DNA of 32,000 nt from Delftia acidovorans NBRC 14950 (GCF_001598795.1 NZ_BCZP01000002.1:240001-272000), one strand, 5' to 3'. Shown: positions 8,829-19,390, counted from the stretch's first letter. A program made the numbers and translations. The notes: generated by a model not told the origin, from the sequence alone.

Positions 8829-9800
8829 ATGGACAGACGCGTCTTTCTGGCAGGCAGCCTGGCGGCTGCCGCGCTTCCGCTGGTGCGGGCCAGCGATTTT
8901 CCGAGCCGGCCGGTGCGGGTGATTTCCCCGTATGCGGCGGGCGGGGGGCCTGATGTGCAATTGCGCCAGGCCGGCCCGGTGCTGGGGGAGATCCTGGGGC
9001 AGTCCATCGTGATCGAGAACAAGGTGGGTGCGGCCGGCGTGCTGGCCGCGCAGTATGTGGCGCAGCAGCCCGCCGATGGCTACACCTGCCTGATGGGCTC
9101 CAACACCCACCTGATCCAGAAGCTGCTGCAACCGGGCCTGCGCTTCGACCCCATCGGCGACTTCACGCCCGTCAGCAACCTGGCCTCGTCGCCCACGGTG
9201 CTGGTGGTGCGTGCCGATGCGCCCTGGCGCACGGCCCGGGAGCTGATCGCGGGGCTGAAGGCCCAGCCGGCGCAGGCCAACTACGGCTCGGGCGGCATAG
9301 GCACTTCGGCCCATCTGGCGGGCGCCACGCTGGCCTCGCTGGCGGGCCTGCAGGTCACGCACATACCGCTCAAGGGATCGGTGGAGATTGCGGCATCGCT
9401 GATCCGCGGCGATACGCAGTATGCGTTTCCGGTGGCGGGCACCGGCATTCCCCAGGTGCAGGGCGGCAAGCTGCGGGCCCTGGCGGTGACCAGCCGCAAG
9501 CGCCTGGCGCAGCTGCCCGAGGTGCCCACGCTGCAGGAGGTGCTGGGCAGCGAGCTGGCAGTGCAGGAGTCCTGGTTCGGGCTGTGGGCTCCGGCCAGGA
9601 CACCCCCTGCCGTGGTCGAGCGCCTGCACGCCGCCGTGCGCCAGGCCGCCGCCCAGCCAGCACTGCGCGCCTCGTTCGAGGCTGTCGGCAACGAGGCCAC
9701 GGCCAGCGCTTCGCCGCAGGCCTTCGCCGATTTCGTGCGCAGCGAGAACCGCAAGTGGGCCGCCATCATCGAGCTGGCCGGCATCACCGCCAACAGTTGA
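8829..9800 (+). CDS. Bug-family (TctC-like) tripartite tricarboxylate transporter periplasmic binding protein
   Basis: Signal peptide followed by FPSRPVRVISPYAAGGGPDV, YGSGGIGTSAHL and HIPLKGS, all characteristic Bug/TctC motifs. SD aaggaga lies upstream. Confidence 0.9.
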   Translation: MDRRVFLAGSLAAAALPLVRASDFPSRPVRVISPYAAGGGPDVQLRQAGPVLGEILGQSIVIENKVGAAGVLAAQYVAQQPADGYTCLMGSNTHLIQKLLQPGLRFDPIGDFTPVSNLASSPTVLVVRADAPWRTARELIAGLKAQPAQANYGSGGIGTSAHLAGATLASLAGLQVTHIPLKGSVEIAASLIRGDTQYAFPVAGTGIPQVQGGKLRALAVTSRKRLAQLPEVPTLQEVLGSELAVQESWFGLWAPARTPPAVVERLHAAVRQAAAQPALRASFEAVGNEATASASPQAFADFVRSENRKWAAIIELAGITANS

Positions 9801-9822
9801 ACCAGGGAAAGGCAAGACGGGT

Positions 9823-11079
9823 ATGGACAAGCCGCTGCAAGGAGTGCGCGTCATCGACATGTCGCATGTGATCGCGGGGCCGCTGGCCTCGCACTACCTG
9901 GCCCAGCTCGGGGCCGAGGTCATCAAGGTCGAGCCCACGCGTGGCGAGGTCATGCGCAACAGCCGGGCGCCCGGCGAGCCCGGGGGCGGCATGCCTTCGG
10001 GCTTCGTGGCGCTCAATGCGGGAAAGCGTTCGCTGTCGGTGGACATCCGCCAGCCCGAGGGCGCGGACATCGTGCGTGCCCTGGCGCGCACGGCCGATGT
10101 GTTCATCGAGAACTTCCGCCCCGGCGTGGTGGCGCGCCACGGCCTGGGCTACGAGGACATCCGGGCGGTGCGTCCCGACGTGGTGTACTGCTCCATCTCG
10201 GGCTTTGGCCAGCAGGGCGAGTGGGCCGGGCGGGGCGCCTATGACCATGTGGTGCAGGCGCTCACGGGCATGATGATGATGGCGGGGGGCGACGAGGAAG
10301 CGCCGCCCGTGAAGGTGGGCTTTCCCGTGATCGACGTGGCGGTGGGCATGCTGGGGGCGCTGTCGGTCACGGCGGCCCTGCACCAGCGCAACGCCCGGGC
10401 GCCTGGCGAGCGGCGCAGCCAGCACATCGATGCCTCCATGCTGCAGGCCTCGCTGATGCTGATGTACCCGCATGCCTGTACCTATCTCACCCATGGCGTG
10501 GAGCCACGGCGCGTGGGCAACCGGGGCTATACGGGGAGCCCGGCGGCCGACACCTACCGGTGCGCCGACGGCTGGCTGTCCACGGCCGCCAATACGCCGC
10601 AGCAGTTCCGCAGGCTCGCAAGCGTGCTGGAGCTCGATGCCCTGTGCGAGGACGCCACGCTGCTGGACCTCGATGCCTTCAACGCGCCCGAGGGCGGCTT
10701 TGTCGCCGCGCGCGATGCGTCCGCGCTGCAGCGGCTGCAGGCATGTCTGGCCGAGGCCTTCGCCGCACGCAGTGCTCGGGACATGGAAGCCCGGCTCAAC
10801 GCCGTGGGCGTGCCTGCGGCCAGGGTGCGGCGCCTGGGCGAATTCCTGGGCGAGGCCCGCGCCGCCGGCACCGTGTCACCTGTGAGCTATGGCGCCGGCG
10901 GCGCTGCGGTGGACACTCCGGGACTGGGGTTCCGGTGGATGGATGCCGAGCCCCTGCCGGGTGCGCCGGCCCCCGTCCTGGGCGATGGCAATCTCGCGCT
11001 GCTGCGGGAGCTGGGGATGGCGGACGAGGCCATCGCCCGCCTGTGCCGCAGCGGCGTGCTGGGCGCGCCGCAGTCCTGA
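9823..11079 (+). CDS. Family III CoA-transferase (CaiB/BaiF family)
   Basis: LQGVRVIDMSHVIAGPLASHYLAQLGAEVIKVEP and ENFRPGV..R.GLGYEDI match the N-terminal signature of the CaiB/BaiF/Frc family. Confidence 0.9.
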   Translation: MDKPLQGVRVIDMSHVIAGPLASHYLAQLGAEVIKVEPTRGEVMRNSRAPGEPGGGMPSGFVALNAGKRSLSVDIRQPEGADIVRALARTADVFIENFRPGVVARHGLGYEDIRAVRPDVVYCSISGFGQQGEWAGRGAYDHVVQALTGMMMMAGGDEEAPPVKVGFPVIDVAVGMLGALSVTAALHQRNARAPGERRSQHIDASMLQASLMLMYPHACTYLTHGVEPRRVGNRGYTGSPAADTYRCADGWLSTAANTPQQFRRLASVLELDALCEDATLLDLDAFNAPEGGFVAARDASALQRLQACLAEAFAARSARDMEARLNAVGVPAARVRRLGEFLGEARAAGTVSPVSYGAGGAAVDTPGLGFRWMDAEPLPGAPAPVLGDGNLALLRELGMADEAIARLCRSGVLGAPQS

Positions 11080-11120
11080 TTGCCTGTGGATTCCTTTGCC
11101 ACTGCCTTGCTGGAGACCCC

Positions 11121-12107
11121 ATGTTCAAAGCCTTGCTGCTGACCCAACCCGTACCGCGTGAAACCCGTGCCGAGTGTGTGGAACTGGACGAAGCCAGCCT
11201 GCCCGCCGGCGCGGTGCGCGTGGCCGTCTCGCATTCCACGCTCAACTACAAGGATGCACTGGCCATCACGGGGCGTTCGCCCGTGGTGCGCCAGTTCCCC
11301 ATGGTGCCGGGCATCGACCTGGCCGGCACGGTGCTGGACAGCGAGGACGCGCGTTTCCAGCCCGGCGATGCCGTGCTGCTCAACGGCTGGGGCGTGGGCG
11401 AGACCCACTGGGGCGGGCTCGCCCAGCAGGCGCGCGTGAACGGCGACTGGCTGATCCGCCGGCCCGAGGCCTTCAGCGCACGGGATGCCATGGCCATAGG
11501 CACGGCCGGCTATACGGCCATGCTGTGCGTGATGGCGCTGCAGGCGCATGGCATCACGCCTTCCAGCGGCCCGGTGCTGGTGACGGGGGCCAACGGCGGC
11601 GTGGGCAGCATTGCCGTGGCCCTGCTGTCGCGCCTGGGTTTCGAGGTGCATGCCGGCACCGGGCGGCCCGAACAGGCCGAGCACCTGAAGGCGCTGGGCG
11701 CGGCGCGGATCGTGGAGCGCAGCAGCCTGGATGCGCCCGGCAAGCCGCTGCAAAAGGAGGTCTGGGCGGCGGCCGTGGACAGCGTGGGCAGCCATACGCT
11801 GGCCAATGTGTGCGCCAGCCTGCGCTACGGCGGCTGCGTGGCGGCCTGCGGGCTGGCCCAGGGGCTGGACCTGCCGGCTTCCGTGGCACCGTTCATTCTG
11901 CGCGGCGTGTCGCTGCTGGGCATCGACAGCGTCTATGCGCCGCAGGCGCGGCGCGAGCAGGCCTGGGCGCGGCTGGCTGCCGAACTGCCGCGCGAGGTGT
12001 TGGAGCGCAATACCGAAGAGGCGGGCCTGGCCGATGCGGTTGCGCTGGCGCCCCGGCTGCTTGCCGGCCAGGTGCGCGGCCGGGTCGTCATCGATACGGC
12101 GCGCTGA
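11121..12107 (+). CDS. acuI: Acrylyl-CoA reductase AcuI / YhdH-type NADPH-dependent MDR oxidoreductase
   Basis: Collinear with E. coli YhdH as I recall it: HSTLNYKDALAITG, FPMVPGIDLAGTV, GWGVGETHWGGLAQQARV, GTAGYTAMLCVMAL, VTGANGGVGS, YGGCVAACGLAQG. SD tggaga lies upstream of the ATG at 11121. Confidence 0.9.
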   Translation: MFKALLLTQPVPRETRAECVELDEASLPAGAVRVAVSHSTLNYKDALAITGRSPVVRQFPMVPGIDLAGTVLDSEDARFQPGDAVLLNGWGVGETHWGGLAQQARVNGDWLIRRPEAFSARDAMAIGTAGYTAMLCVMALQAHGITPSSGPVLVTGANGGVGSIAVALLSRLGFEVHAGTGRPEQAEHLKALGAARIVERSSLDAPGKPLQKEVWAAAVDSVGSHTLANVCASLRYGGCVAACGLAQGLDLPASVAPFILRGVSLLGIDSVYAPQARREQAWARLAAELPREVLERNTEEAGLADAVALAPRLLAGQVRGRVVIDTAR

Positions 12108-12131
12108 GGCCCGCGTGGGCTCTGGTGCCGC

Positions 12132-12590
12132 CTACTTGGCGTAGGGGTCGGCAAAGCCCAGCTCGACCATGATCTCGGTCTCGTAGGCTTCCATTTCCTC
12201 GGCGTCCTGCTCGCTGGTTTCATGGTCCCAGCCCTGGGCATGCAGCGTGCCATGCACCAGCAGGTGGGCGTAGTGCTCCTCCAGTGTCTTGTTCTGCTCG
12301 CGCGCCTCGCGCTCGACCACGGGGGCGCACAGCACCAGGTCGGCCATGGCGGTGGGCTCCTGCTGGTAGTCGAAGGTCAGGACGTTGGTGGCGTAGTCCT
12401 TCTGCCGGTACTCGCGGTTGAGCTGCTGGCCTTCCTCGGCGTCGACGATGCGCACGGTGATCTCGGCATCGACGGCCAGGGCATGGCGTATCCAGCGCGT
12501 GACCTTGCTGCGGGACAGCACGGCGCGGTGGACGGGCGCCTCGGCAAAGCGCGCGAATTGCAGGGACAGTTGCAGTTGGTTCAGGGACAT
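12132..12590 (-). CDS. ybeY: Endoribonuclease YbeY (rRNA maturation factor)
   Basis: ATNVLTF and the zinc motif [16 protein letters not shown] are diagnostic. The start was trimmed to MSLNQLQ (ATG 12590). Confidence 0.9.
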   Translation of the reverse strand: MSLNQLQLSLQFARFAEAPVHRAVLSRSKVTRWIRHALAVDAEITVRIVDAEEGQQLNREYRQKDYATNVLTFDYQQEPTAMADLVLCAPVVEREAREQNKTLEEHYAHLLVHGTLHAQGWDHETSEQDAEEMEAYETEIMVELGFADPYAK

Positions 12591-12666
12591 GGGAGGAGGC
12601 GTGGGCGTGAGCTTGGGCGTGTGCTTTGGAGCGCCCGTGTGCGGGCGTCTGCTGTGGCTGTCGGGA

Positions 12667-13638
12667 TCAAGGCGCTGCAAGGCGCGGTGCGGCACGGCGC
12701 GCAGGGGCCTGGCCGCGTGCGTCGTAGGCGTCCACGATGCGGGCCACCAGCGGGTGGCGCACCACGTCGGCGCTGGTGAAGTGGTTGATGGCGATGCCCT
12801 TGACGCGCTTCAAGACGCGCTCGGCATCGATCAGGCCGCTCAGGGCGCCCTTGGGCAGGTCGATCTGGCTGACGTCGCCCGTGACCACGGCGCGGGCGCC
12901 GAAGCCGATGCGCGTGAGGAACATCTTCATCTGCTCGGGCGTGGTGTTCTGCGCCTCGTCCAGGATGACGAAGGCGTTGTTCAGCGTGCGCCCGCGCATG
13001 AAGGCCAGCGGCGCGATCTCCAGCACATTGCGCTCGAAGGCCTTTTGCACCTTCTCGTAGCCCATGAGGTCGTAGAGCGCGTCGTACAGCGGGCGCAGGT
13101 AGGGGTCGACCTTCTGCGTGAGGTCGCCGGGCAGGAAGCCCAGGCGCTCGCCTGCCTCCACTGCGGGGCGCGTGAGCACGATGCGCTGCACGGCGCTGCG
13201 CTCCAGCGCGTCCACGGCGCAGGCCACGGCCAGGTAGGTCTTGCCGGTGCCGGCCGGGCCGATGCCGAAGGTGATGTCGTGGCGGGCGATGTTCTCCAGG
13301 TAGGCCGACTGGTTGGCCGTGCGCGCGCGCAGGTCGGGGCGGCGCGTGGACAGCTGGATGGCGTCCTGGGGCTGCTCGATGAGTTCGGTGTCACCGGCCA
13401 GCATCAGTTGCAGGGAGTCGTCCAGGATAGGGTCGTCGGCCATCTCGTAGAGGGCCTGCAGCAGCTCCAGTGCGTCGTTGGCCTTGGCCTTGGGGCCGTC
13501 GATCTTGAATTGCTCGTGGCGGTGGGCGATCTTGACGCCCATTGCGATCTCGATGGTGCGCAGGTGCGCGTCGGCCGGGCCGCAGACGTGGCTCAACCGG
13601 TTGTTGTCGTGGGGTGTGAAGGTGTGGCGCAGGATCAC
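12667..13638 (-). CDS. PhoH-family ATPase (YbeZ-like)
   Basis: Walker [13 protein letters not shown], plus AFMRGRTL and ILDEAQN. I chose the GTG at 13638 ([13 protein letters not shown]) as the start. The ATG at 13764 would abut the divergent ruvA start and leave no promoter space. The start remains uncertain. Confidence 0.85.
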   Translation of the reverse strand: MILRHTFTPHDNNRLSHVCGPADAHLRTIEIAMGVKIAHRHEQFKIDGPKAKANDALELLQALYEMADDPILDDSLQLMLAGDTELIEQPQDAIQLSTRRPDLRARTANQSAYLENIARHDITFGIGPAGTGKTYLAVACAVDALERSAVQRIVLTRPAVEAGERLGFLPGDLTQKVDPYLRPLYDALYDLMGYEKVQKAFERNVLEIAPLAFMRGRTLNNAFVILDEAQNTTPEQMKMFLTRIGFGARAVVTGDVSQIDLPKGALSGLIDAERVLKRVKGIAINHFTSADVVRHPLVARIVDAYDARGQAPARRAAPRLAAP

Positions 13639-13763
13639 GCGGATAATTCCAGAGATTCCGGGCGGCGGCCAGCGCGAGGGCGTGGTGCCATACCCTGTGA
13701 ATGGGCCGGCGTTCGGTTGCGGACGGGCATGAAAAGCCGCCCCTGGGGCGGCAAAGGACACCA

Positions 13764-14336
13764 ATGATAGGCAAATTGACAGGAACGCTGCTGGAAAAAA
13801 ACCCGCCCGAGGTGCTGGTGGACTGCGGCGGCGTGGGCTACGAGGTGCAGGTGCCCATGAGCACCTTCTACAACCTGCCCGCCAGTGGGGCCAAGGTCAG
13901 CCTGCTGACGCACTTCGTGGTGCGCGAGGATGCGCAGCTTCTGTACGGCTTTGGCACGCACAGCGAGCGCCAGGCGTTCCGCGAGCTGATCAAGATCACC
14001 GGCATCGGCCCGCGCATGGCGCTGTCGGTGCTCAGCGGCATGAGCGTGGAGGACCTGGCCCAGGCCGTGACGCTGCAGGAGGTGGGCCGCCTGGTCAAGG
14101 TGCCGGGCATCGGCAAGAAGACGGCCGAGCGCCTGCTGCTGGAGCTCAAGGGCAAGATCGGCGCCGATACGGGCGCGCAGTCGCTGTTCGTGAACAACGA
14201 CCAGAACGACATCGTGCAGGCGCTGATGGCGCTGGGCTATTCCGACAAGGATGCGGCCGCCGCGCTCAAGAAGCTGCCGCCCGACGTGGGCGTGACCGAA
14301 GGCATCAAGCTGGCGCTGAAGGCGCTGGCCAAGTGA
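13764..14336 (+). CDS. ruvA: Holliday junction DNA helicase subunit RuvA
   Basis: [35 protein letters not shown] and the HhH motifs ([22 protein letters not shown]). Confidence 0.95.
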   Translation: MIGKLTGTLLEKNPPEVLVDCGGVGYEVQVPMSTFYNLPASGAKVSLLTHFVVREDAQLLYGFGTHSERQAFRELIKITGIGPRMALSVLSGMSVEDLAQAVTLQEVGRLVKVPGIGKKTAERLLLELKGKIGADTGAQSLFVNNDQNDIVQALMALGYSDKDAAAALKKLPPDVGVTEGIKLALKALAK

Positions 14337-14343
14337 GCGGCGC

Positions 14344-15414
14344 ATGAGCATCCATACCGACGATTTCGGGCAGGGCGGTTTCGCGCCCGACAAGGCCCCG
14401 GAAAAGCCGCGCATGATCTCGGCAGCACCGGTCTCGCGCGGGGAAGAGGCCATGGAGCGCGCCCTGCGCCCCAAGCTGCTGCAGGAGTACGTGGGCCAGG
14501 CCAAGGCGCGCGAGCAGCTGGAGATCTTCATCGGCGCGGCCCGAAAGCGCAATGAGGCGCTGGACCATGTGCTGCTGTTCGGCCCGCCGGGCCTGGGCAA
14601 GACCACGCTGTCGCACATCATCGCGGCCGAGCTGGGCGTGAACCTGCGCCAGACCAGCGGCCCCGTGCTGGAAAAGCCCAAGGACCTGGCGGCGCTGCTG
14701 ACCAACCTCGAAGCCAACGATGTGCTGTTCATCGACGAGATCCACCGCCTGTCGCCCGTGGTCGAGGAAATCCTCTACCCGGCGCTGGAGGACTACCAGA
14801 TCGACATCATGATCGGCGAGGGGCCGGCGGCGCGCTCCATCAAGCTGGACCTGCAGCCGTTCACGCTGGTGGGCGCCACCACGCGCGCGGGCATGCTGAC
14901 CAACCCGCTGCGCGACCGCTTCGGCATCGTGGCGCGGCTGGAGTTCTATACGGCCGAGGAGCTGGCGCGCATCGTGCGGCGCAGTGCAGGCCTGTTGAAC
15001 GCGCCCATCGATGACGAGGGCGCCTTCGAGATCGCGCGCCGCTCGCGCGGCACGCCACGCATTGCCAACCGCCTGCTGCGCCGCGTGCGCGACTATGCCG
15101 ATGTGCGCGGCGACGGCAGCATCACGCGCGAGCTGGCCGACCGTGCGCTGGCCATGCTCGATGTCGATCCCCAGGGCTTCGACATCATGGACCGCAAGCT
15201 GCTGGAGGCCGTGGTGCACCGCTTCGACGGCGGCCCCGTGGGCCTGGACAACATCGCGGCCAGCATCGGCGAGGAAGCGGGCACCATCGAGGATGTGATC
15301 GAGCCCTACCTGATCCAGCAGGGCTTTTTGCAGCGCACGCCGCGCGGGCGCATGGCGACCCAGGCGGCGTACCGCCACCTGGGCCTTCCCGTGCCGGGCG
15401 ACGACGCCAGCTGA
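14344..15414 (+). CDS. ruvB: Holliday junction DNA helicase RuvB
   Basis: [30 protein letters not shown] and TRAG.L..PLRDRFG are the RuvB AAA+ signature. The gene begins 7 nt after ruvA. Confidence 0.95.
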   Translation: MSIHTDDFGQGGFAPDKAPEKPRMISAAPVSRGEEAMERALRPKLLQEYVGQAKAREQLEIFIGAARKRNEALDHVLLFGPPGLGKTTLSHIIAAELGVNLRQTSGPVLEKPKDLAALLTNLEANDVLFIDEIHRLSPVVEEILYPALEDYQIDIMIGEGPAARSIKLDLQPFTLVGATTRAGMLTNPLRDRFGIVARLEFYTAEELARIVRRSAGLLNAPIDDEGAFEIARRSRGTPRIANRLLRRVRDYADVRGDGSITRELADRALAMLDVDPQGFDIMDRKLLEAVVHRFDGGPVGLDNIAASIGEEAGTIEDVIEPYLIQQGFLQRTPRGRMATQAAYRHLGLPVPGDDAS

Positions 15415-15421
15415 CGACGGC

Positions 15422-16138
15422 TCATTCCTCCGTGCCGGCGTTCCAGAAGGCCTGCAGCACGCCGGGCAGGGCCTCGATGGCGGCGATCACGCGGTCGAGC
15501 TCGTCGGAGTCCACCGAGGTGGCGTAGAGCATGGCCTCGATCTCCGTGTCCTGCGGGCCGAAGGCATGGGTTTCCAAGCCGCGCACGGGGTAGCTGGCGT
15601 TCTCCAGCAGCTCCAGCATCTGCTCGCGCACATCGCCCTGGGCGCCGCGGTGGCAGATGGCGTAGACGTAGTAGGTCGACTCCGTGGATTCGTCATCCAC
15701 CGGGCGGCGGTTGATGCGGTTGACCACGGGGCGCAGCAACGTATTGCTGGCCAGCACGAACAGCGTGGCCAGGCCCGCCTCGGCCACCAGGCTGGCGCCC
15801 GCGCAGGCGCCCACGGCGGCCGAGCCCCACAGCGTGGCCGCCGTGTTCAGCCCGGTGATGTTGGCCCCTTCCTTCATGATGGCGCCCGCGCCCAGGAAGC
15901 CCACGCCCGAGACCACGTAGGCCACCACGCGCGTGGCGCCCTCGGCCCCGCCCAGGCGCACGGCCAGGTCCACGAAGACGGCCGCGCCCACGGCGACCAG
16001 GGTGTTGGTGCGCAGCCCCGCCGTGCGCTGGCGCACCTGGCGCTCCAGGCCGATGAGGGCGCCGAACACGAAGGCCGTGGTCAGGCTGACGAAGGTGTCC
16101 AGCATGGCGCCGGGGTTGAGGTTCTGCAGGGCCTGCAT
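15422..16138 (-). CDS. mgtC: MgtC/SapB family membrane protein with an ACT-like C-terminal domain
   Basis: FGALIGLERQVRQRTAGLRTNTLVAVGAAVF is the MgtC family signature. The gene lies directly downstream of the P-type Mg ATPase. Confidence 0.85.
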   Translation of the reverse strand: MQALQNLNPGAMLDTFVSLTTAFVFGALIGLERQVRQRTAGLRTNTLVAVGAAVFVDLAVRLGGAEGATRVVAYVVSGVGFLGAGAIMKEGANITGLNTAATLWGSAAVGACAGASLVAEAGLATLFVLASNTLLRPVVNRINRRPVDDESTESTYYVYAICHRGAQGDVREQMLELLENASYPVRGLETHAFGPQDTEIEAMLYATSVDSDELDRVIAAIEALPGVLQAFWNAGTEE

Positions 16139-16201
16139 GGGGTTCCGGGCTTTCCTGGTGAATGGGTTGAAGGGGCGTTGAAAGAGGCGTTGAAGGGTGC
16201 G

Positions 16202-18961
16202 TCACTGCCAGCCGTAGCGGCGGATGTAGACGCGCTTGAGCAGCGTGGCCAGGCAAGCGTAGCCCAGCAATATGGCAATCATCCACGGGAAGTAGGCCGC
16301 CGGCAGCGCCTGCAGCTTGAAGTAGCCGGCCAGCGGCCCCATCGGCAGGAAGATGCCGGCCGCCATCACGGCCGCCGTGGCCAGCAGCAGCGGCCAGGAC
16401 GGGCGGCTTTGCAGGAAGGGGATCCTGGGCGTGCGGATCATGTGCACGATCAGCGTCTGCGTGAGCAGCCCGATGACGAACCAGCCCGACTGGAACAGCG
16501 TCTGCTGCTCGGGCGTGTTGGCGGCGAAGACGAACCACATCAGCGCGAAGGTCAGGATGTCGAACAGCGAGCTGATGGGCCCGAAGAACACCATGAAGCG
16601 GCCCAGGTCGGCCGGGTTCCAGCGCAGCGGCTGGCGCACCAGTTCGTCGTCCACGTTGTCGAAGGGGATGGCGATCTGCGAGAGGTCGTACAGCAGGTTC
16701 TGCACCAGCAGGTGCAGCGGCAGCATGGGCAGGAAGGGGATGAAGGCCGAGGCCACCATCACCGAGAACACGTTGCCGAAGTTGGAGCTGGCCGTCATGC
16801 GGATGTACTTCAGCATGTTGCTGAAGGTGCGCCGGCCCTCGATCACGCCCTGCTCCAGCACCATCAGGCTTTTTTCCAGCAGGATGATGTCGGCCGCTTC
16901 CTTGGCGATGTCCACGGCGCTGTCCACGCTGATGCCGATGTCGGCCGCGCGCAGGGCCGGTGCGTCGTTGATGCCGTCGCCCATGAAGCCGGTGATGTGG
17001 CCGTTGGCGCGCAGCGCATGCACGATGCGCTCCTTGTGCAGCGGCGTGAGCCGGGCGAACAGCTGGTGCCGTTCCACCGTCTGGCGCAGCATCTCGTCGT
17101 TCATGTGCTCGATCTGCGTGCCCAGGATGATGTGGTCTGCGGGCAGCCCTACATCGCGGCAGACCTTGGCGGCCACCAGTTCGTTGTCGCCGGTCAGCAG
17201 CTTGACGGCCACGCCGTGCGCGGCCAGGGCGGCCAGCGCCTCGGCCGTGGTTTCCTTCGGTGGGTCCAGGAAGGCGATGTAGCCGATCAGGGTCAGCTCC
17301 GACTCGTCGGCCACGCCGTAGTCGCTCTTGTGCGGCGGCACTTCCTTCATGGCCACGGCGACCACGCGCAGGCCCTCGCGGTTGAGCTCGCGCGTCACGC
17401 GGCGCACGCGGGCCAGTTGCTCCTCGTCCAGCGGGCGCGTGCCGTCGCCCTCGCGCAGCCGGGTGCACGCGCCCAGGATTTCCTCGACCGCGCCTTTGCA
17501 GATCAGCTCGTGGTGGTGGCCGCGCTCGGCCACCACCACGGACATGCGGCGGCGCTCGAAGTCGAAGGGGATCTCATCGACCTTGCGGTAGTCCTCGGCC
17601 AGGCGCATCTGGGTGTGCAGCTCCACATGCTCGAGCACGGCATGGTCGAGCAGGTTCTTCAGGCCGGTCTGGTAGTGGCTGTTGAGGTAGGCGAAGCGCA
17701 GCGTCTCGTCGCACGGCTGGCCGAAGGCGTCGGTGTGGCGCTCCAGCACGATGCGGTCCTGGGTCAGCGTGCCGGTCTTGTCGGTGCACAGCACGTCCAT
17801 GGCACCGAAGTTCTGGATGGCGTCCAGCCGCTTGACCACGACCTTGCGGCGCGACAGCACCACGGCGCCCTTGGCCAGGGTGGAGGTCACGATCATGGGC
17901 AGCATCTCGGGCGTCAGGCCCACGGCCACGGACAGCGCGAACAGGAAGGCCTCGGCCCAGTCGCCCTTGGTGTAGCCGTTGATGAACAGCACCACGGGCA
18001 CCATCACGGCCGCAAAGCGGATCAGCAGCCAGCTGACGCTGTTGACCCCGGTCTCGAAGGCCGTGGGCGCGCGGTCGTTGGAGGTCACCCGCGTGGCAAT
18101 GGTGCCGAAATAGCTGCGGTTGCCCGTGGCCAGCACCACGGCCAGCGCCGTGCCCGAGACCACGTTGGTGCCCATGAACAGCAGGTTGCTGGCGTCCAGC
18201 ACGCCGGTGCCATTCGATGCACTGGCGTCGGCGCGCTTTTCCACGGGCAGGGATTCGCCGGTCATGGCGGACTGGCTCACGAACAGGTCCTTGGCGCTGA
18301 GCACGCGGCAGTCGGCAGGAATCATGTCCCCGGCCGACAGCACCACGAAATCGCCGGGTACGACCTCGCGCAGCGGCACCTCGTAGCGGCGCGCCTGCTG
18401 GCCGAAGCCGCTGTGCGGGGCATCTGCGGAGTCGGCATCTGCAGGGGCCGGTGGGCCGCCATTGCGGCGCAGCACCGTGGCCGTGCTGCTGACCATGGCC
18501 TTGAGCCGCGCGGCGGCGCGGTTGGAGCGGCCTTCCTGCACAAAGCGCAGCAGCGTGGACAGCAGCACCATGGAGGCGATGACGACCGTGGCCTTCATGT
18601 CCTCCGTGGCGTAGGAGACCACGGCCAGCAGCGTCAGCAGCAGGTTGAAGGGATTGCGGTAGCAGTACCACAGGTGCAGCCAGCCGGGCAGCGGCTTTTC
18701 GTGCTCGACCTCGTTGGGGCCGAGACGTGCGAGCGCGGCGCGGGCCTGCTCGCGGGTCAGGCCGTCCTCGCTGGAGCCGGTGCGCGCCAGCACGGCGGCA
18801 ATGTCATCGCGCGAGGCGCGCAGCAGCTCGCGCGTGAGGGTCGGCGATACCGAGCACGAGTGGTGCACGGCCGTGCCCGAGGGCAGGGCATTGCGCCGGA
18901 ACAGCCCCAGGGCGTGGCGGCTGCGCAGAAATGCCTGGAACAGGTGCTTGAGGCTTTTCAT
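16202..18961 (-). CDS. mgtA: Magnesium-translocating P-type ATPase (MgtA/MgtB type)
   Basis: 919 aa with DKTGTLT, TGDN and GDGINDAPAL. The N-terminus LTREQARAALARLGPNEVEHEK and overall length are typical of P3B Mg2+ ATPases. SD gggagg lies 7 nt upstream. Confidence 0.95.
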   Translation of the reverse strand: MKSLKHLFQAFLRSRHALGLFRRNALPSGTAVHHSCSVSPTLTRELLRASRDDIAAVLARTGSSEDGLTREQARAALARLGPNEVEHEKPLPGWLHLWYCYRNPFNLLLTLLAVVSYATEDMKATVVIASMVLLSTLLRFVQEGRSNRAAARLKAMVSSTATVLRRNGGPPAPADADSADAPHSGFGQQARRYEVPLREVVPGDFVVLSAGDMIPADCRVLSAKDLFVSQSAMTGESLPVEKRADASASNGTGVLDASNLLFMGTNVVSGTALAVVLATGNRSYFGTIATRVTSNDRAPTAFETGVNSVSWLLIRFAAVMVPVVLFINGYTKGDWAEAFLFALSVAVGLTPEMLPMIVTSTLAKGAVVLSRRKVVVKRLDAIQNFGAMDVLCTDKTGTLTQDRIVLERHTDAFGQPCDETLRFAYLNSHYQTGLKNLLDHAVLEHVELHTQMRLAEDYRKVDEIPFDFERRRMSVVVAERGHHHELICKGAVEEILGACTRLREGDGTRPLDEEQLARVRRVTRELNREGLRVVAVAMKEVPPHKSDYGVADESELTLIGYIAFLDPPKETTAEALAALAAHGVAVKLLTGDNELVAAKVCRDVGLPADHIILGTQIEHMNDEMLRQTVERHQLFARLTPLHKERIVHALRANGHITGFMGDGINDAPALRAADIGISVDSAVDIAKEAADIILLEKSLMVLEQGVIEGRRTFSNMLKYIRMTASSNFGNVFSVMVASAFIPFLPMLPLHLLVQNLLYDLSQIAIPFDNVDDELVRQPLRWNPADLGRFMVFFGPISSLFDILTFALMWFVFAANTPEQQTLFQSGWFVIGLLTQTLIVHMIRTPRIPFLQSRPSWPLLLATAAVMAAGIFLPMGPLAGYFKLQALPAAYFPWMIAILLGYACLATLLKRVYIRRYGWQ

Positions 18962-18979
18962 GGTGACCTCCCTGGCGGC

Positions 18980-19390
18980 TCAGGCCTGGCTCGAACGAAG
19001 GGTGGCGCGCAGCCAGTGCCAGTTGCGCTGGCAGGCGCACAGCAGGCGGCGGCGCAGCGGCGGGCGGGTCACGGTGGCCGACTGCAGCCATTGGCGACGC
19101 GCATGGGCAGGCAGGTGGCGGTAGACCTCGGCGCGCTCCTGCGCCGCCAGCAGGGACAGAACGTCGGCCTGCTGGCGCTGCGTGAGCGCCACGAGGGCAG
19201 GGGCGAAGAGACCGGGGCCGTGTTGCTGCAGCAGGGCGTGCAGTTGTCCGGTATGGCGTGCCGCAATGGCGGCTTGCAGGGCCAGCTGCAGGGTGCTGGC
19301 GCGGGAGGTGTGGCTGGCGCGTGTGGAGACGGGTGCTGTGGCGGGCGTGGTTGCCGGCGTGGTGCGCAGCGCGGTGATGACGTGTTGCAT
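18980..19390 (-). CDS. Hypothetical 136-aa protein upstream of mgtA; possible MgtE N-terminal-domain-like helical protein
   Basis: High GC3 coding frame. The stop is 18 nt before the mgtA ATG. The segment LHALLQQHGPGLFAPALVALTQRQQADVLSLLAAQERAEVYRHLP loosely resembles the MgtE_N helical repeat, but this is my recollection of the pattern and not a search result. The start was taken at MQHVITAL (ATG 19390). Confidence 0.45.
   Translation of the reverse strand: MQHVITALRTTPATTPATAPVSTRASHTSRASTLQLALQAAIAARHTGQLHALLQQHGPGLFAPALVALTQRQQADVLSLLAAQERAEVYRHLPAHARRQWLQSATVTRPPLRRRLLCACQRNWHWLRATLRSSQA

Noticed and set aside
13639-13764. Longer PhoH start at ATG 13764, and a search for an SOS (LexA) box upstream of ruvA. 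A perfect 7-bp hairpin gccgccc-ctg-gggcggc lies at 13736-13752.
   Set aside because: The ATG at 13764 would place the two divergent start codons back to back with no promoter space, and the added residues look non-coding. No CTGT-N8-ACAG LexA motif is present. The hairpin is too small and GC-generic to interpret.
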